Shown here in pieces: positions 63,271-64,000 of a DNA stretch of 64,000 bases. The notes below the pieces were generated by a model, which was not told where the DNA came from, searched no databases, and saw only the letters and a list, made by a program, of their open reading frames with translations. Position 1 is the first letter of the stretch. Each line of letters starts with the position of its first letter. Location of the stretch: assembly GCA_036675565.1 (NCBI GenBank), contig JAKFER010000047.1, positions 105,756-169,755 on the forward strand, in the 5' to 3' direction. Both the position numbers and the translations under genes were made by a program. This DNA is from Chitinophagaceae bacterium. GTDB taxonomy: Bacteria > Bacteroidota > Bacteroidia > Chitinophagales > Chitinophagaceae.

Positions 63271-64000
63271 TTATTTTGCCAGTTTTAATTCTTTGATCAA
63301 ATGAGATGCACCGCCCAATTTATCAATACACCACAGTACATAACGGATATCTACACATATAGTGCGGTTATATACTTTATCGAATGCCAGTTTATGACTT
63401 AAAGCTTCGTAGTTTCCATCAAATGCAAGGCCGATCAATTCTCCATTGCCATTAATAACCGGGGAACCTGAATTACCACCGGTAATATCATTAGTGGTAA
63501 TAAAATTAATGACAAGGTCATTTCTTTTTTTGTCTTTGTATTGTCCGAAATCTTTTTTCTTCAGCAATTCAATTTCATTTTGTGGCAGATCAAATTCATA
63601 ATCACCAGGTATATACTTTTCAAGTATGCCTTTGGAGGTTGTAACATAATCGTATTTTACTGCATCTTTTGGCCTGTAAGGTTCAACACTGCCATAACTT
63701 ACCCGCATGGTAAAAGTAGCATCCGGATACATGACCTTTTTAGGATCCATTTCCATAACGCCTTTCAAATACAATCTTCCCAATTCATTATTGGATGTCA
63801 CAAACTGTGCATAATAAGGAGCGTATTTGGTATTATAATTTTTGATAAAAGTGCTGGCCAGGTTAAAAGCAAGATCCTGTTGCAACGTATTGGCATCCGG
63901 GTTTTTTACAAATGCATTCCATTTTTCATCATCAAAAATGATGGTGTTATTAAAAACTTCTGAAGCATATTTACGGTAAGTGGATTCTTCATCAAGCGGG
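63271..64000 (-). CDS. S46 family dipeptidyl-peptidase (DPP7/DPP11-like), C-terminal part; 5' end lies outside the window
   Basis: TTNDITGGNSGSPVINGNGELIGLAFDGN catalytic Ser block. I translated the frame by hand from 63886 to 63999 with no stop, so the track's TTG at 63885 is not the true start. Confidence 0.85.
   Translation of the reverse strand, partial: PLDEESTYRKYASEVFNNTIIFDDEKWNAFVKNPDANTLQQDLAFNLASTFIKNYNTKYAPYYAQFVTSNNELGRLYLKGVMEMDPKKVMYPDATFTMRVSYGSVEPYRPKDAVKYDYVTTSKGILEKYIPGDYEFDLPQNEIELLKKKDFGQYKDKKRNDLVINFITTNDITGGNSGSPVINGNGELIGLAFDGNYEALSHKLAFDKVYNRTICVDIRYVLWCIDKLGGASHLIKELKLAK

Overview
This is a chromosomal window from a Bacteroidota genome. The supporting signs are a T9SS C-terminal sorting domain, two SusC/SusD PULs, many lipobox lipoproteins and TAnnTTTG-type promoter boxes; a Chitinophagaceae/Sphingobacteriia-like origin is inference only. 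I found no rRNA, tRNA, CRISPR array, integrase or transposase.

Layout:
- (i) 1-3.4 kb, + strand: T9SS-cargo tail, obg, a TetR regulator and paaE.
- (ii) 3.4-43.5 kb: 26 genes, all on the minus strand. PUL1 (ECF sigma/FecR/STN-SusC/SusD, two PKD lipoproteins, GH16, two GH30) looks like a beta-1,3/1,6-glucan locus. PUL2 (ECF sigma/FecR/STN-SusC/SusD, LamG, VCBS-UnbV, two GH144-like, a TAT Gfo/Idh/MocA, GH43-like, DoxX, SGNH, GH3, GH97, sulfatase, esterase) is a candidate beta-1,2-glucan or decorated-glucan locus.
- (iii) 43.6-54.2 kb, + strand: paaA-paaB-[cassette]-paaC-paaD, then a 4.4-kb periplasmic redox block (TAT xylose-isomerase-like TIM barrel, ApbE, FGE-like, TAT Gfo/Idh/MocA), then paaG-paaI-membrane protein-paaY.
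- (iv) 54-64 kb: housekeeping and envelope genes (EEP phosphatase, cysS, AlkA-like and zincless Fpg/Nei glycosylases, fasciclin, OmpA, dipeptide epimerase, S46 peptidase).

The most unusual signal is non-coding. A family of composite intergenic repeats (a GGTTGA-rich block, tandem TGGAATT heptamers and an A/C-rich CTAAAC-type block) sits between the stop and start codons of adjacent genes. Two inverted TGGAATT-repeat arms bracket a frameshifted four-helix-bundle gene (23S rRNA IVP / DGR-Avd family) inserted exactly between paaB and paaC. This resembles an rRNA intervening sequence transplanted into an mRNA operon.
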